Positions 11,134 through 23,431 of a DNA stretch of 64,000 nucleotides are shown here, in pieces (within the stretch, counting starts at the first letter, position 1; every line of letters starts with the position of its first letter). Source of the stretch: Podarcis cretensis (lineage: Eukaryota); NCBI GenBank assembly GCA_951804945.1, contig OX638151.1, positions 75,454,001 to 75,518,000 on the forward strand, in the 5' to 3' direction. A program made the position numbers and the translations under genes. The notes under the pieces were generated by a model. It worked only from the letters and a program-made list of their open reading frames with translations, had not been told where the DNA came from and did not search any database.

Positions 11134-13262
11134 GGTGGGTGTATCTATTATCACTTTCTGCTACTCCCCTTTCCATGCCCACTACTTCCCCAGTGTTTTC
11201 ATTTCTTTCCTGGCTGTGCTCATAACTATTTGTGGTGTGCTTCTCAATGGAGGGTGTTCCCTTCCCGCTTTGATCCTTCAGATTTCCACAAAACTGCACA
11301 AGCAAATCGCATTAGAAATTTCTGCACCAGATACATTGAGCAGCAATGTGAAAAGTGTGTGATGAGAATATATAGTTGCCTTCATTTCTTTCCAGCGTGC
11401 TTGCAAGAATGCGTCAGGAGCTGAGCCTTTTATCTATTTCTTTTTCTTTTTATCTCTCAGATTTGCACAAACCCACAAAACTGCACAAGCACATTTACAA
11501 TTGCCTGACTGTGTGCTTTTGCAAGCTTCTTGGGTGTGGATTTTTTCAAACAGCAACAACAAGGTGTGCACACAACTATCTACATGCATGCCCTCTTGGT
11601 ACTTAATTAGCATAATAAAATAAACAAATGAGAAGGCAAAGGGAAACACAAAAGGGAACATCTACTGGTATTAAAGGAGATGACCAAGGTTGTTCCTCAT
11701 ATACAGATTCAAATATGTTTGGGTGTGGACAACTCTGGTCTAATTCAAATGAGGAAAACATGGATTAAAAGCTAAATAATGCTCAAGTGTGGACTAGCCC
11801 TATGTTAGTGATGGTGTGTCAGGAATTTGAGAGTAATGTGCAGTTCAAGTCAACAAATGTGGAGCACAACAGTGTGCATTACTGACAATGGAAAAGACAA
11901 ACAAGAACACTATTGCCACTCACCCATCTCTAGATTATTTCAAATGCAATCCGGAGCACACATACCTGGAAAGTAAACTCATCTGAATATAAGAAACTTG
12001 TTTCTAAGTGAGCATGCCTATGGCTGAATTGTTAATGTGCCATAGTTATAAAGGTCATTATATGCTAAGATACTGCTGGGAATTTTAATTTACATGAGTT
12101 GCAAAAGAAATAAAGGACAGCTTTAGGTTGTTTACAGGTAGTGATTTGCACAACACTGCAAATCTTTTTTACAACCATTTTTTAAGAAATAGGGCATAAC
12201 CAAAGCCTGGCCCTTCGACATAATTAATAAGTTATGCAATCACTCTGTGAAATGTCTCTGGGTTGCTCTAGGTGAGGCATAACATGTTTTTATATATAGA
12301 TATGATGTTGTGTCTATGCACATTGGACTGAGGTAAATTTCTGCCCTGATCTGGTTGAACTAGTTTTGTACAATTTGTCCTGTCCTTTAATACCAGAGCA
12401 ATGTTCTTCCTCCACAGCTCAGTGTGAATCCATAGGATAGGATTTAAGTAAGCCCAGAAATTGTGACGTTACAGATTTTTGTCATTCCATACTCATTTTG
12501 CACAATTTAGTTTGCACATCCATAGACCAAGATTGCACCGGCTCATTTTCTTCATGTCCAAATAATATGCAATTTATAGTGGGATACACCAACTCTTGAC
12601 ACACCCTGATGACAGGGTGGGGCAAGTCCTTTAATTATTTACAAGCAGAATTCAGTCATGTTGATAATGGCAGCAACAACACATGGAATGAAGCTGGTGG
12701 TTGCATTAAGTTTACTCATCATATATCTGTTCTGTAGATTTGCATACAGTAAAATCTTGTCTGGTGACTGAAATGTCTGTTATGCAACATCCTGGAAGAT
12801 TGAGCACTCTTGGATGTCAAGCTGAAAACCTGCTTCTGATCTTTCGGAAATTATCTCAAATTCTAAGTACCGGTCTGGCAACAAAGGCAGATTGCATTTC
12901 CCAATTAGAATGAGACGCAGGTCACCCGTGTGTGTGGCAACAGAAGTGAATGAGCTGCTTTCCACAGGGATGTGCTGAAGTCAATCTTGCAGCCTGAGTG
13001 TCCCCCCCCCCCCCCGCTGGAATGTGCCCTTGAACTCTCATAATGTCTCTTGCAATATCTGGATGGAGAATGCAGAGGGGTGTGTGCAGAAACCACAAAA
13101 TACATTTGTTACTCCAACCAGTTTTGCCTCTGGCACTACCCATCACTGGCATGCGGCCCTCAGAAGGAAATGTGACCCTTGGGCTGAAAAGGCTCTCCTC
13201 CCCTACTCAGTAATGTATCTAGTGAGGCATAAGGAGAATAAATACAGAAAATGAATTATCTA

Positions 13263-13300
13263 CAGTGAGGGGGAAAAGTATTTGATCCCCTGCTAAATTT
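13263..13300 (+). mobile_element. Isolated Tc1-like terminal inverted repeat
   Basis: TA followed by CAGTGAGGGGGAAAAGTATTTGATCCCCTGCTAAATTT resembles vertebrate Tc1 termini. No transposase or second TIR was found. Confidence 0.55.
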
Positions 13301-13360
13301 AGAGAAAAGGGTCTTGAGCTGGGCTGCTGCTATGTTAACCTTCAGTCATATTCTTAGCAG

Positions 13361-13752
13361 GTAAAAAGGTAAAATGTAAAGGACCCCTGGATGGTTAAGT
13401 CCAGTCGAATTTGACTATGGAGATGTGCAGCACTCATCTCTGCTTTCAGGTCGAAGAAGCCGGTGTTTGACCGCAGATGGCTTTTCTGGGTCATGTGGCC
13501 AGCAAGACTAAACTGCTTCTGGCACATGGAACACCGTGATGGAAGCCAGAGCGCACAGAAATGCCATTTACCTTCCCGCTGCAGTGGTACCTATTTATCT
13601 ACTCACACTGGCATGCTTTCGAACTGCTAGGTTGGCAGAAGCTGGGACAGAGCAATGGGAGCTCACCCTGTTGTGCGGATTTGAATCGCTGACCTTCTGA
13701 TCGGCAAGCCCAAGAGGTTCAGTGGTTTAGACCACAGTGCCACCCGTGTCCC
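13361..13752 (-). mobile_element. Sauria SINE, old subfamily
   Basis: Diverged full-length copy; TSD TATTCTTAGC(A/G)G at 13349-13360 and 13754-13765. Confidence 0.9.
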
Positions 13753-14987
13753 TTATTCTTAGCGGGGCTTGCCAATAAAAGACAAGTGGTAAGACATTAG
13801 CTTCCTGACTTTTACCCAGCTATCCTTTGGGGATAAATGTTCTACTAGGTAGGTAATGTTTTGAGGGCTAGCTAGAAGGTTCAACTTGAAGCCACTTGTT
13901 AAGAAAGCCAACTTGTAACTAATTCTGCCTGAAACAAGAGGGTTCCTCAAGGTTTGGCAAAAATGCTTTCCAACAGCAAAAGGAACAGGTTGCACTTTTG
14001 TTCAGACATCGTCTTTAACCTGTGATTCATTTAGGAACTTACTTTGAACTGTTTTTCCTGCCGCGCAGCAGAAGCTGTGGGTGGTATTCGACTACTGTGT
14101 CCCATCAACGCAAGGCTTTCTGCTTGTGCAGCAGAAATCCCCCCTTCCCCTGTGTACACCCTGCACCCTAGAAAAAGAGGGCACAAAGAGTGTTGAGGGG
14201 TTGAGAACATTCTGTTGTGCAGGAAAAATCTTTGCAGTCATGGGACAGCAGGCTCAGTGCTATCTGATCCTGTTGGAGGCCTACACAGTACACATTTTTT
14301 CTGTTTGTTTGGTAAAAAGCCACATTGCAGGCAACAACATATTTGGCTACATTTGTGTAACAAATGGTATTGTGCAAAGTGGGGAGTGAGGAATCCCAAA
14401 AGATTTTGCTTGACTTGCACCTTGCAGCCCTGCTTCTCTTTGTTTACAGCATGCCCTAGAACTTTGTCACTGCCTTCCTTCTGATATTTTGTAATTATGC
14501 CCATGACTATGCCTTATTGAACCTAATAATAGACATTCTGGAAATTACCTGCACTTATAGTGAAACCCATGAGGCGATTACTCTAGCATGATAGTGACTG
14601 CCGTAAATATCCACACCCCTTTCTACATACAAATGTATTATTAAAGATGAAAACAATCTGCCTCATGCTAATTATCTACCCTCAGAATGGGCTTGGCTAC
14701 TGACCACAATGTGAATCATGGAATGAACGAAAGTGCTTTTTGTTTTGTTTCTGTGTTGTCCTTTGAAAATCCCCAAGAATGCATTGCATTCAGGAGAACA
14801 GTAAGACACATGGCATTGCCCGGAGGGCCATACACTTCTACATCATATCAGAGCATGTTTGGCAATCCAGCCTGCCAGTTCATTTCAGGTTACTTTCAGG
14901 TCAGCAGTCTAGTTTCCACTGAAGAAGGGGAACAGAAAACTGATACACTGGATCAAAGAAACTACTCATAAGGAGGAATTCAGAGGG

Positions 14988-15180
14988 CATAAGAAGAACC
15001 TTGTAGAGCTAAACAAAGGCCCATCGCCAGTGTTTGTGACAGCAGCTAATCTAACCAACCTACCTAGGAAGCCTACAAGCATGGTAAAATAGCAGCAGAC
15101 TTCCTGTTCTTTGTCGCCATCATCTGGTACTCAGAGGTATACTGTCTGTGAGTGTGCCTCAGTGGCTAGAAGCCACTGAG
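14988..15180 (-). mobile_element. CR1 3' end, decayed
   Basis: CATAAGAAGAACC..AAAGGCCCATC..GGTACTCAGAGGTATACTG resembles the reverse complement of the CR1 3' end at 49425-49595. Confidence 0.6.
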
Positions 15181-15187
15181 AGGGTGT

Positions 15188-15341
15188 GGGCACATCCAGC
15201 TCACATGACTTCTCCCAAAGAATACTGGGAACTGTAGTTTCCCTCTACAGTGTTACAATTCCCAGCATCCTTAGCAAACTGCAATTCCCAGAATTCTTTG
15301 GTAGAAATAATGTGCTTTAAATGTGTGGTGTGCATCTGCCC
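15188..15341. mobile_element. PIF/Harbinger-like MITE
   Basis: Termini GGGCACATCCA / TGCATCTGCCC; internal inverted CCCAAAGAATACTGGGAACTG / ATTCCCAGAATTCTTTGG; related to 54656-54824. Confidence 0.6.
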
Positions 15342-15440
15342 CCAGTGAAAAATTCTGTGTTAGGAAAGACATCAAAACTTCCAAAATTACAAGGACTTGA
15401 TACAAATCTATGGTGCGAGCACACTTGGAATACTTTGTGT

Positions 15441-16366
15441 CAGTGGTTTTCAATCAGTGTGCTGTGGCACCCTGGGGTGCCTTGAATGATGGCCAGTGGT
15501 GCCGCACGCAGCACTGGCCTCTGTCCCTCTTTCCTTCCCTCCCTCCCCTTAAGGCCTCTTGCATCTCTGCTCCCAAAGGCTTGCACAGCTGTTTGTGGCA
15601 GCAGCCCTGGCTACAAGTTCCGCAGATAAGTGGTGCCTCTGGGGCTGGTTGGCAGGAGCTGAAACAGCCTCAGAGTAAGCAAGCAAGGAGGAAAGGGAGC
15701 CCAGCCAGCTAGTCTGCCAGCCCTCACTGTTGGAAATGGAGAAATAAGTCCTAAGCCCCTGTGGGACAGTGTGAGGAGGCAGAACTCTTTGGGGCGGGGG
15801 GGGGAGGGGTGAGCTCAGAGACCAGGGGCAGCAGCAGTGGAAGCCCAGACAACTCCCAAGGAGAAGGGAGAAGAGAGGAGGCTGAGGGAACACTCCACAA
15901 GGGAGGGTGTTCAAGAAAGGGTAAGAGCATGGGTAGGCAAACTAAGGCCCGGGGGCCGGATCTGGCCCAATCGCCTTCTCAATCTGGCCCGCGGATGGTC
16001 CAGGAATCAGCGTGTTTTTACATGAGTAGAATGTGTCCTTTTATTTAAAATGCATCTCTGGGTTATTTGTGGGGCCTGCCTGGTGTTTTTACATGAGTAT
16101 AATGTGTGCTTTTATTTAAAATGCATCTCTGGGTTATTTGTGGGGCATAGGAATTCGTCCACACCCCCCCCAAATATATATTCCAGCCCCCCACAAGGTC
16201 TGAGGGACAGTGGACTGGCCCCCTGCTGATAAAGTTTGCTGACCCCTGGGTAAGAGGCTGCCAGCTCTGCAGGCAATGGTTGACATAACTGGGCTCCACA
16301 GGAGTGCCACAAAAAGAGTGTAGTTGGTCAAGGGAGCCGTGGACTCAAAAAGGTTGAAAACACCTG
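15441..16366. mobile_element. Non-autonomous hAT (Charlie-like) transposon, outer element
   Basis: TIRs CAGTGGTTTTCAA / TTGAAAACACCTG; perfect 8-bp TSD CTTTGTGT at 15433-15440 and 16367-16374. Confidence 0.9.
15928..16248. mobile_element. hAT-Charlie MITE (OposCharlie1/OC1-like ends), inner element
   Basis: TIRs CATGGGTAGGCAAACT / AGTTTGCTGACCCCTG; perfect 8-bp TSD GGTAAGAG at 15920-15927 and 16249-16256; internal 64-bp direct repeat (16012-16075, 16083-16146). Confidence 0.9.
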
Positions 16367-17355
16367 CTTTGTGTGGTTCTTGTAACCAAATCTCCAAAAG
16401 GATATTCTACAGCTGGAAAAAGTCCAGAAAAGGGCAAGCAATATGATCAAGGGGCGTGAGCAATGGCCCTATGAAGAATGATTACAACATTTGGGGCTTT
16501 TCAGTTTATGCAAAAGGTGAGTAAGAGGGACATTGTAGGGGCGTATAAAATTATGCACCATGTTAATCTTTTATCAGCGGTGCTTGATCTGTGATGGCTT
16601 ATTTATTCACAGGCAAGTCACTACTTGATGTAGCAATCATTAAACGATGAACATACATGTGTGAGCCAGCCCTCATTAAGTTTCTCCTTTATTCCGCTAA
16701 CAGAGCTGTAATCTCATACTGTCCTGTGCCTATTTTTGTTTTAGCTTAGCAAACCACACAAATACATGTGTAACAAATACATGTGTGTGGTCTCATGGAA
16801 TATCAGGCACCAAGTTATCAGTCACATGCTCAGATAACCCGACAGACCTCTGGGCTTTAGATTCGTAAAATAAATAATGTAACAATGATTTGGGGGCTAT
16901 GCAGCTTATGAATGGAGGGTTGTGCCTGTTTTACTGCTGGGAAAGATGCTCTCGATACAATTAAGAGGCATAGATTTTAATCAGGACTGTGGGGTTGGTT
17001 GGTTTGTTGCAGGTCAAGCCCCCTGTCCCCACTCACTAGGGCCTTAATTTGGAGCAAGCCCATGGGAAACAGTTATTTTTGTGAAGGAGGATGAATACCA
17101 CCACCCCCATCTCCCCCCCAAAATTTGGCTGTTACCTTAACCAGGACTGACTGACTGACACACACGCGCACACACACACTATTCCTGGCTTCATTCTACA
17201 GATCACATATATAGGAAGTCAAAGTATAGCTCTGACTCGAGCCTAATTCAGGGACTTCATATGTACAATGTATGAGTGGGTGGTGATAGAACATAGGAAG
17301 CTGCTGCATATGGAGTCCAATAATTGCTCAGTCAACAACAGCCAACATGGAGCTC

Positions 17356-17439
17356 CCCCAGATGTTGTTGGACTGCAACTTCAGATGATGGGAGTTGTAG
17401 TCTTACAACACTTGGATGCCACCATACTGCCTAGACCTG
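17356..17439. mobile_element. ~135-bp palindromic hAT-like MITE, partial
   Basis: CCAGATGTTGTTGGACTGCAACT..GATGGGAGTTGTAG core shared with 21180-21315. Confidence 0.6.
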
Positions 17440-17445
17440 GTTTTC

Positions 17446-17552
17446 TATGGCTGGCAGTGACTCTCTGGGATTTCAGACAGGGGTCTCTCCTAGCCCTACC
17501 TGGAGATGCCAAGTATTGAACCTGGGATCTTCTGCAAAGTAGAAGCTCTACT
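17446..17552 (-). mobile_element. Old tRNA-derived SINE fragment
   Basis: CTGGAGATGCCAAGTATTGAACCTGGGATCTTCTGCA is a reverse-complement B-box region; the body relates to 36680-36803. Confidence 0.6.
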
Positions 17553-19916
17553 ACAGTCCTTTCTTCTCCTCAGTGTGCATGTTGAAATTCATTCTGCAAG
17601 TAAAGGTTTATTTATACAAGTATATGCATGGTAGCACAACTTCATGTGATGGAAACCATGAAAATGCATTTTAATGTATGGACAGCAGGGAGTCAAATCC
17701 ACTCACTATCTGCGCATTCATTGTACAAATGGAAAAGAGCCATAACAATTGAAAGATGCTGAAGAGCCACTGAAATCTGAAGTACTGCTTCTAAAGCGAC
17801 TTCATTGCAACTATCCCTTTTCTGGATTGTGCCCTGATTTTTTTTACATTAGCTGACACAGCTGACATGCTTGAAGCTGTTGCCTTTCCTTATTACTCAG
17901 CCCATGCACATGCCAGAGACTCACACATGTGCAACGTAACAGCAATTTAGCACATGACTCCAGATGGTTGCTGCAAACCTACAGTCAACATCTGCAGAAG
18001 GCAGCACCACATAGCAGGGCAGTAAGGTCCTCATTATCAATGAATCCCACACAAATGGTGAAAGTTGCCTTTTATTTGCCTGTGATATAGAGACATAACG
18101 TACTGCAAACATATGTCACACATAATAAAAGGACAGGGGGCTTGGGATATCATGGAAAAGAAATGCAAGACATCTGTTTCTATTCATCAACAAAAATGGT
18201 ACAAAACTGCATTTCCCATGGTGTTTCTGGATAGGATTCCATCACGGCGATGCACATGGTGCAATGGGCCATTGTTAAGAACACTGCACTGCTTGGCCAA
18301 CCTGCCATTCAGGCTTATGTTGCCCTATGACCTATGTGGCAAAGTTCAGGAAAATAAAAGTAGTGATTTCTACATGTCCTCTGTGTTGCAATGGATACCG
18401 TGCCAGTTGCCATTCTTATAAAGGAATAACATCCTGATTTCAAAAGAGCTGGCCTCCACCTCTTCCATTAGAACCAATAATTGCCTGACTTTGCTGGATT
18501 CTGCCAGATTCAGTCCTGTATAGTTAGCACCCGACCTTAGAGAAAACCAGACAAAACCACACTCTCCAAGTCAGAATCTGACATCTGGCAAACCTTCATC
18601 TACCACGGCACCACAAAGCAGTGGAATTCATTTTCCCCCAGAACGAGGACACCCAGAGTGTAAGTGCCAAGTCTTTTTGCAATAAAAAAATGTACTGGAT
18701 GCCAGTGCAAATCAGATTTCCCAAAGACAGGAACGCTAGCTGGCCTAACTGGAAAAGAATCTGGAACATATGGAAATGTGGGGTGGTAGCAAGTGTGCTA
18801 TCTCACAAGGAAACTGATTTTTAAAAAGATAAAATAATAATAATGAAATAATCAGATTGTGGGAGTAGCCAGCATGAAGTGATTGGAAACTCAGCATCAT
18901 TAGTATAGTATCATTAGTATCATTAGTATAAAAATGGTTGCCATAAACATACAAAGCAAGGAAAGCCCTAAGATTATGTAGAGTAAGAAAACCATATCAG
19001 GTGGCAAGGGGCAGTAGCATCAGCCTCCACTTGTTCTCCTGAACAGCCATTTCTCTTTGTTGCCACATGGCTGCTCCTGAGGGACCCTGCTCTGGTTCAC
19101 TGCCTCAGGTGATTAGAGGATCTTGTCTCTAGTGCTGAACTTTTTTCCCTCTTATGTGCTATAGGAGCATATGCATCAGCTCCTAACAGTCCAGTTCAAT
19201 TGACCAGTTAGCTGAGCTTTCACTAGAGCAATATGTAGCAAAACCTCTTAGGATAAGGCATCTCCAGCCTCATTTCTTGCATACTTGTCATGTAAAGAAC
19301 CAGAGCTGTCCATGTAAGACAAATTGCATCTTGCTGTAATTGTTTTGCAGTTACCTTCACTTTCTTTGCTCCAGCTGCTGATTCACAATGGTCCAGCATA
19401 GATTTTTGGATTAAATTTGGCAATGGAATTCCGTACAACTTATCTGAAGCACTGCACGTCTGTGCTCGTGTGGTATCCATATTAAAACTGTTAAAACTGC
19501 AGAGCCTCCTTCGGTCAAGATGAACTTCTAAACATTCCTTATCAGCAAAACACTGAGTCAAAACAGCTGCTCTCAGAGCACCTGTCCTCCAATTAAAACA
19601 CATGGCTTTTCAGCCCATGCAAAAGTAAAAGTAAAACAGATCTATTCTTTGCCTGTATGTTGCAATTAACATTATAAGGTGAGCCAACAGAATTTAAAAC
19701 TATTCTAAGTAAAAAGAAATTAAAACAGATCATGGAGCTCAAAGACAAGCAGCCTTATTCATCGCCATCTTCACTTGGAAGTTTTCTCTAATGTGCTATA
19801 GATTACTACATGCAGGCAATCTCCCTGCCACCCAGTTCAAAAATGCAGTCTTAAATGGCACAGCCCAGGAACCTGCCACCACAGTCCACCATTGCATTTT
19901 GTGTAAACCAGATTAG

Positions 19917-20253
19917 GGTGCGGGTTAAACCACAGAGCCTAGGACTTGCCGATCAGAAGGTTGGCAATCCCTGCGACGGGGTGAGCTCCTGCTGTTTGGT
20001 CCCAGCTCCTGCCAACCTAGCAGTTCGAAAGCACGTCAAAGTGCAAGTAGATAAATAGGTACCGCTCCGGCGGGAAGGTAAACAGCATTTCCGTGCGCTG
20101 CTCTGGTTCGCCAGAAGCAGCTTAGTCATGCTGGCCACATGACCCGGAAGCTGTACGCCGGCTCCCTCAGCCAATAAAGCAAGATGAGCGCCGCAACCCC
20201 AGAGTCGGCCACGACTGAACCTAATGGTCAGGGGTCCCTTTACCTTTACCTTT
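19917..20253 (+). mobile_element. Sauria SINE, intermediate-age subfamily, slightly 5'-truncated
   Basis: Sauria body, 3' AGAGTCGGCCACGACT hairpin and (ACCTTT)n tail. Confidence 0.92.
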
Positions 20254-21179
20254 AAAGAAATGGAAAGCAAAAGAACCCACATAGATCAGCGTGAACTGAC
20301 AAGCCTGATAATAAGTCAATATATGTGGGGTAGCTGAAAGCTCCTTCTTCCCTTCCTTTCTTCCTTTGCCATGAAGAACATGGGGTTCATTAATTTAGTG
20401 TGCCTGGAGCAATCTGTGTGAAAATTATTAATTTTAAATAACATTTTTTTCCTCCTCAGAGCATGCATTTTAAGGAGAATCATGATTTATTTATTTTTTT
20501 GAGCCGAGAACTGTGTTGGTACATTCAGAAAGTGCAAACATTAGTAGATAGGTAAGTTTTGATCTGCACATTATACTGGGATATATAGATCAGATCAGTC
20601 TGTATCAGAATTCACAAAGATTTATTTACTTAAGCATCCTGCAGAGCTGCTGGAACTTTTCAGAGCGGGCTGACGTCTCCACTCAAAGGCGGCCTTACCA
20701 AATGCACTCGAAACACTTGCCACCCTTTAAGGATGGAACTCCATGTGTGGCATTGTCTACATGTGTTGTGAATTCGCAACGTGCAGTTTTCACATCTGCA
20801 CTGTGATACAGATGCAGCAGCTACAGCCATGTGATGCCTTAGTGCACAGACATGTGTTATGATAGCAAACACATGGGCACCAATGACAAGGATCCCTGGC
20901 TCTACGCCCTTTGCTCCGGCAACCAGCCAAGAGGATAAAATACTGCTCAGGCCTGTAAAATTCTGGGTGGGTGGCAACCCTCGTGACAAGGCAGAGAAAC
21001 CTCCTGGGAGAAACTGGCAGTGTAGAAAGTGAAACTGGTGAGATACAGTTTCAGTGGAAGTGTATATGTGCCATATTCAGATTACTTAAAATACTTAAGG
21101 AACAAGGGTCACCTGCGTAGAGTTAGGGGCTACTGCACACTTTCCTCCATTGGTAATATCATATGTCCTAGGCCAGGTC

Positions 21180-21315
21180 AAGGATGAGGAACCTGTGGCC
21201 TTCCAGATGTTGTTGAGCTCCAATGCCCATCAACCCCAGCTGCCCTGGTCAGTGGTCAGGAATGATGTGAGTTGTAGTTCAGCAACATCTGGAGGGCCAC
21301 AGGTTCCCCAGTCTT
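21180..21315. mobile_element. ~135-bp palindromic hAT-like MITE
   Basis: Arms GGAACCTGTGGCCTTCCAGATGTTG / CAACATCTGGAGGGCCACAGGTTCC. Confidence 0.8.
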
Positions 21316-21816
21316 ACTGTAGGTCTTCTCAGTGATGGGTGTCCTTCCTGGAAACTTGGGCAACACTGATGAGGAAAGGTGCCACCATTTGGTCTTCTCC
21401 AGATGGAGTCATGCTACAGAGGTTCCTATTCCATGAAAGTAGCCAGAGATACAGTCCCAAGGTAGTGCTGACCCCACCCAGACTTCTTGTTCCATGGGAC
21501 TTAAATGTAAACAGTACACAGAGGCCTGCTCCCAAGGTTGGCTCTTGACCAACAGAGGTCTATCCTTCTGCTCTCAGGATGTTGGACATGAAATACCAGA
21601 AATGAGTGAAGGAAAGATATACTTTCCTTGGCTGTTGCAGTCCTCTGCCCTCTCCTGCACCTTTATTGGCACAGATAGCTGTTTTTCAGGTTTAGAGAGA
21701 CTGTGAGAATGCTGAGGTAGGAGAATAGACTATTAACATTCAAGGGGTACACTACTTGCACTGAAATCAACCAATTGATCCCAGATGTTTCCTCACTGTT
21801 GCTGTAGCATTTATGT

Positions 21817-22194
21817 CAGGGATGGGGAATTTTAGGCCTGAGGCCAAAGGTAGCCCTACAGGCCTCTGTATCCTGCCCTTGGGACTCTCACAAAGCCATG
21901 CCCTTACCAGACCTAACTTGGAGGCTATGTCCCTTACTGGCCTTGCTTGAGGCACTCATGGATTGTTTTTGCTTATCTGGAATGTGGCTTTGAACTGTTA
22001 CAATGCCTCTTCATTGCCTGAATGGAGAGAAGGTTGTGGGTGAGAAGACGCATCTGATTTTCATGTGCCTGGAATGTAGCCTGGAGTGTTCCAAAGTATG
22101 TGTCACATCCACTTTTGCCTATGTCCCCATCCATGATGTATCTGTGGCCCTCAGGAAGGAACGTGGCCCTCGGGCTGTGGGTTACCCACCTCTG
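21817..22194. mobile_element. Non-autonomous hAT element
   Basis: Ends CAGGGATGGGGAA / TTACCCACCTCTG; degenerate 8-bp TSD ATTTATGT / ATTGATAT. Confidence 0.65.
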
Positions 22195-23215
22195 ATTGAT
22201 ATAGAGTTGCCTGTTGAAGCTGTTAAGGGTGAATAATGGCTTGGGGAGCAGAGCTCTGGCCATCTGGAGTCATTTTCTGCCCACCCAATGACTCTGTGAC
22301 TCACTTCACAAGTCAAACAACTAATTTTTTTATCCAACTTGAACTTGGATCTGGACTGGGTGAACAAATAGCATTACTTTACGGAAGTTCAGGATGCCAG
22401 ATATGCTCCCTGCTCAGAATGAAAATCTCATGTGTGACCTTTCTATGACAGATATAAACCTTAAGGACTAATTCAAATATTTCCAATTTGGGAAAGATTT
22501 CTGAATGAGCGGCCACTGAACAATCTCAGACACACCCACCAGGTCTTTCAGTAGCTGTAAACTTGGTTTATCATGATCAGTTGGCACAAAGTCAGTGGGA
22601 CCTGGCAGGAATTCCTTAAGCCATTCTTCAGCAGTTGTGCTTCTTTCTGGAAATGAGTATTTATGAGGGGCTGTGGCAAGTAGTTGCTTAGTTTCTTCTG
22701 GGGCTTTCAGAAGGACCAGAAGTTCCCCTAGTAACATGATGCCTTTATATAACTTTGCAAGCTGCATTTGGAATTCTGAGTAGAGTTCTGCTTACCTTTC
22801 ATCTCAAAAAAGGGTAGCTTGGCACCGGGAAAAGTACACAAAAAGGCAATCAAACTGAACAAGGGTCTGGAAGACTTCCCTTAGGAAGAAAGCCTAAAGT
22901 GTTTGGAACTTTTAGTTTGGGGGGTGGGGGACGTCTAAAGCAGCACATAAGAGAGGTTATAAAGTTATGTATGGCTTGGAGAAAGTGGAAAGAGAGGCTG
23001 TTTCCTTCCTCTGTACTAACACTTTCAGGGTAACTGATAAGTAATAAGCTCAGAACAGACAAAAGAAAGTGCTATTTTACACAATGCCCAGTTATTTTAT
23101 GTATTTTGCTGCCACTAGCTAAGCTAGCTTTGAAAGGGATTGGACAAATCTGGAGTATATATCTAATAATAATCAAAGGTAATCAGCCATGTTAGCTAAG
23201 TTGTGACAGCTAAAC

Positions 23216-23216
<1 letters not shown>

Positions 23217-23258
<42 letters not shown>

Positions 23259-23275
23259 TGAATTTATATACCGCC
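23217..23275 (-). repeat. (TTA)n microsatellite derived from an L2-type tail
   Basis: About 13 TTA units abutting GAATTTATATACCGCC, the reverse complement of an L2-like terminus. Confidence 0.75.
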
Positions 23276-23311
23276 TATGCCCAGGGGTCTCATGGACAGT
23301 ATACTTCTAAA

Positions 23312-23431
23312 TCAGGGAAGTTGTTGGACTGCAACTCCCATCAGCTCCTGTCAGCCTGGTCAATGGCTGATCAGGAATAATGGAAGCTGGAGTTCAACAA
23401 CATCTGATGGGCCACAGATTTCCTATCCCTG
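23312..23431. mobile_element. ~135-bp palindromic hAT-like MITE, partial
   Basis: GTTGTTGGACTGCAACTCCCATCAG..CAACATCTGATGGGCCACAGATTTCCTATCCCTG. Confidence 0.7.

Larger units (their letters stand above)
15398..16563 (+). mobile_element. CR1 ORF2 fragment split by nested hAT elements
   Basis: YKSMVRAHLEY at 15401-15433 continues after 16374 as ..QKDILQLEKVQKRASNMIKG..PYEE*LQHLGLFSL..RGDIVGAYKIMH. Confidence 0.85.

Noticed and set aside
19223-19603. 126-aa minus-strand ORF with an AAG|GTAACT donor
   Set aside because: No domain recognised; the length is within chance expectation.
22468-22767. Minus-strand host exon (RSTTAEEWLKEFLPGPTDFVPTDHDKPSLQLLKDL) with a plausible GTGGGT donor
   Set aside because: No recognisable homology and a weak acceptor; it needs RNA-seq or tBLASTn support.
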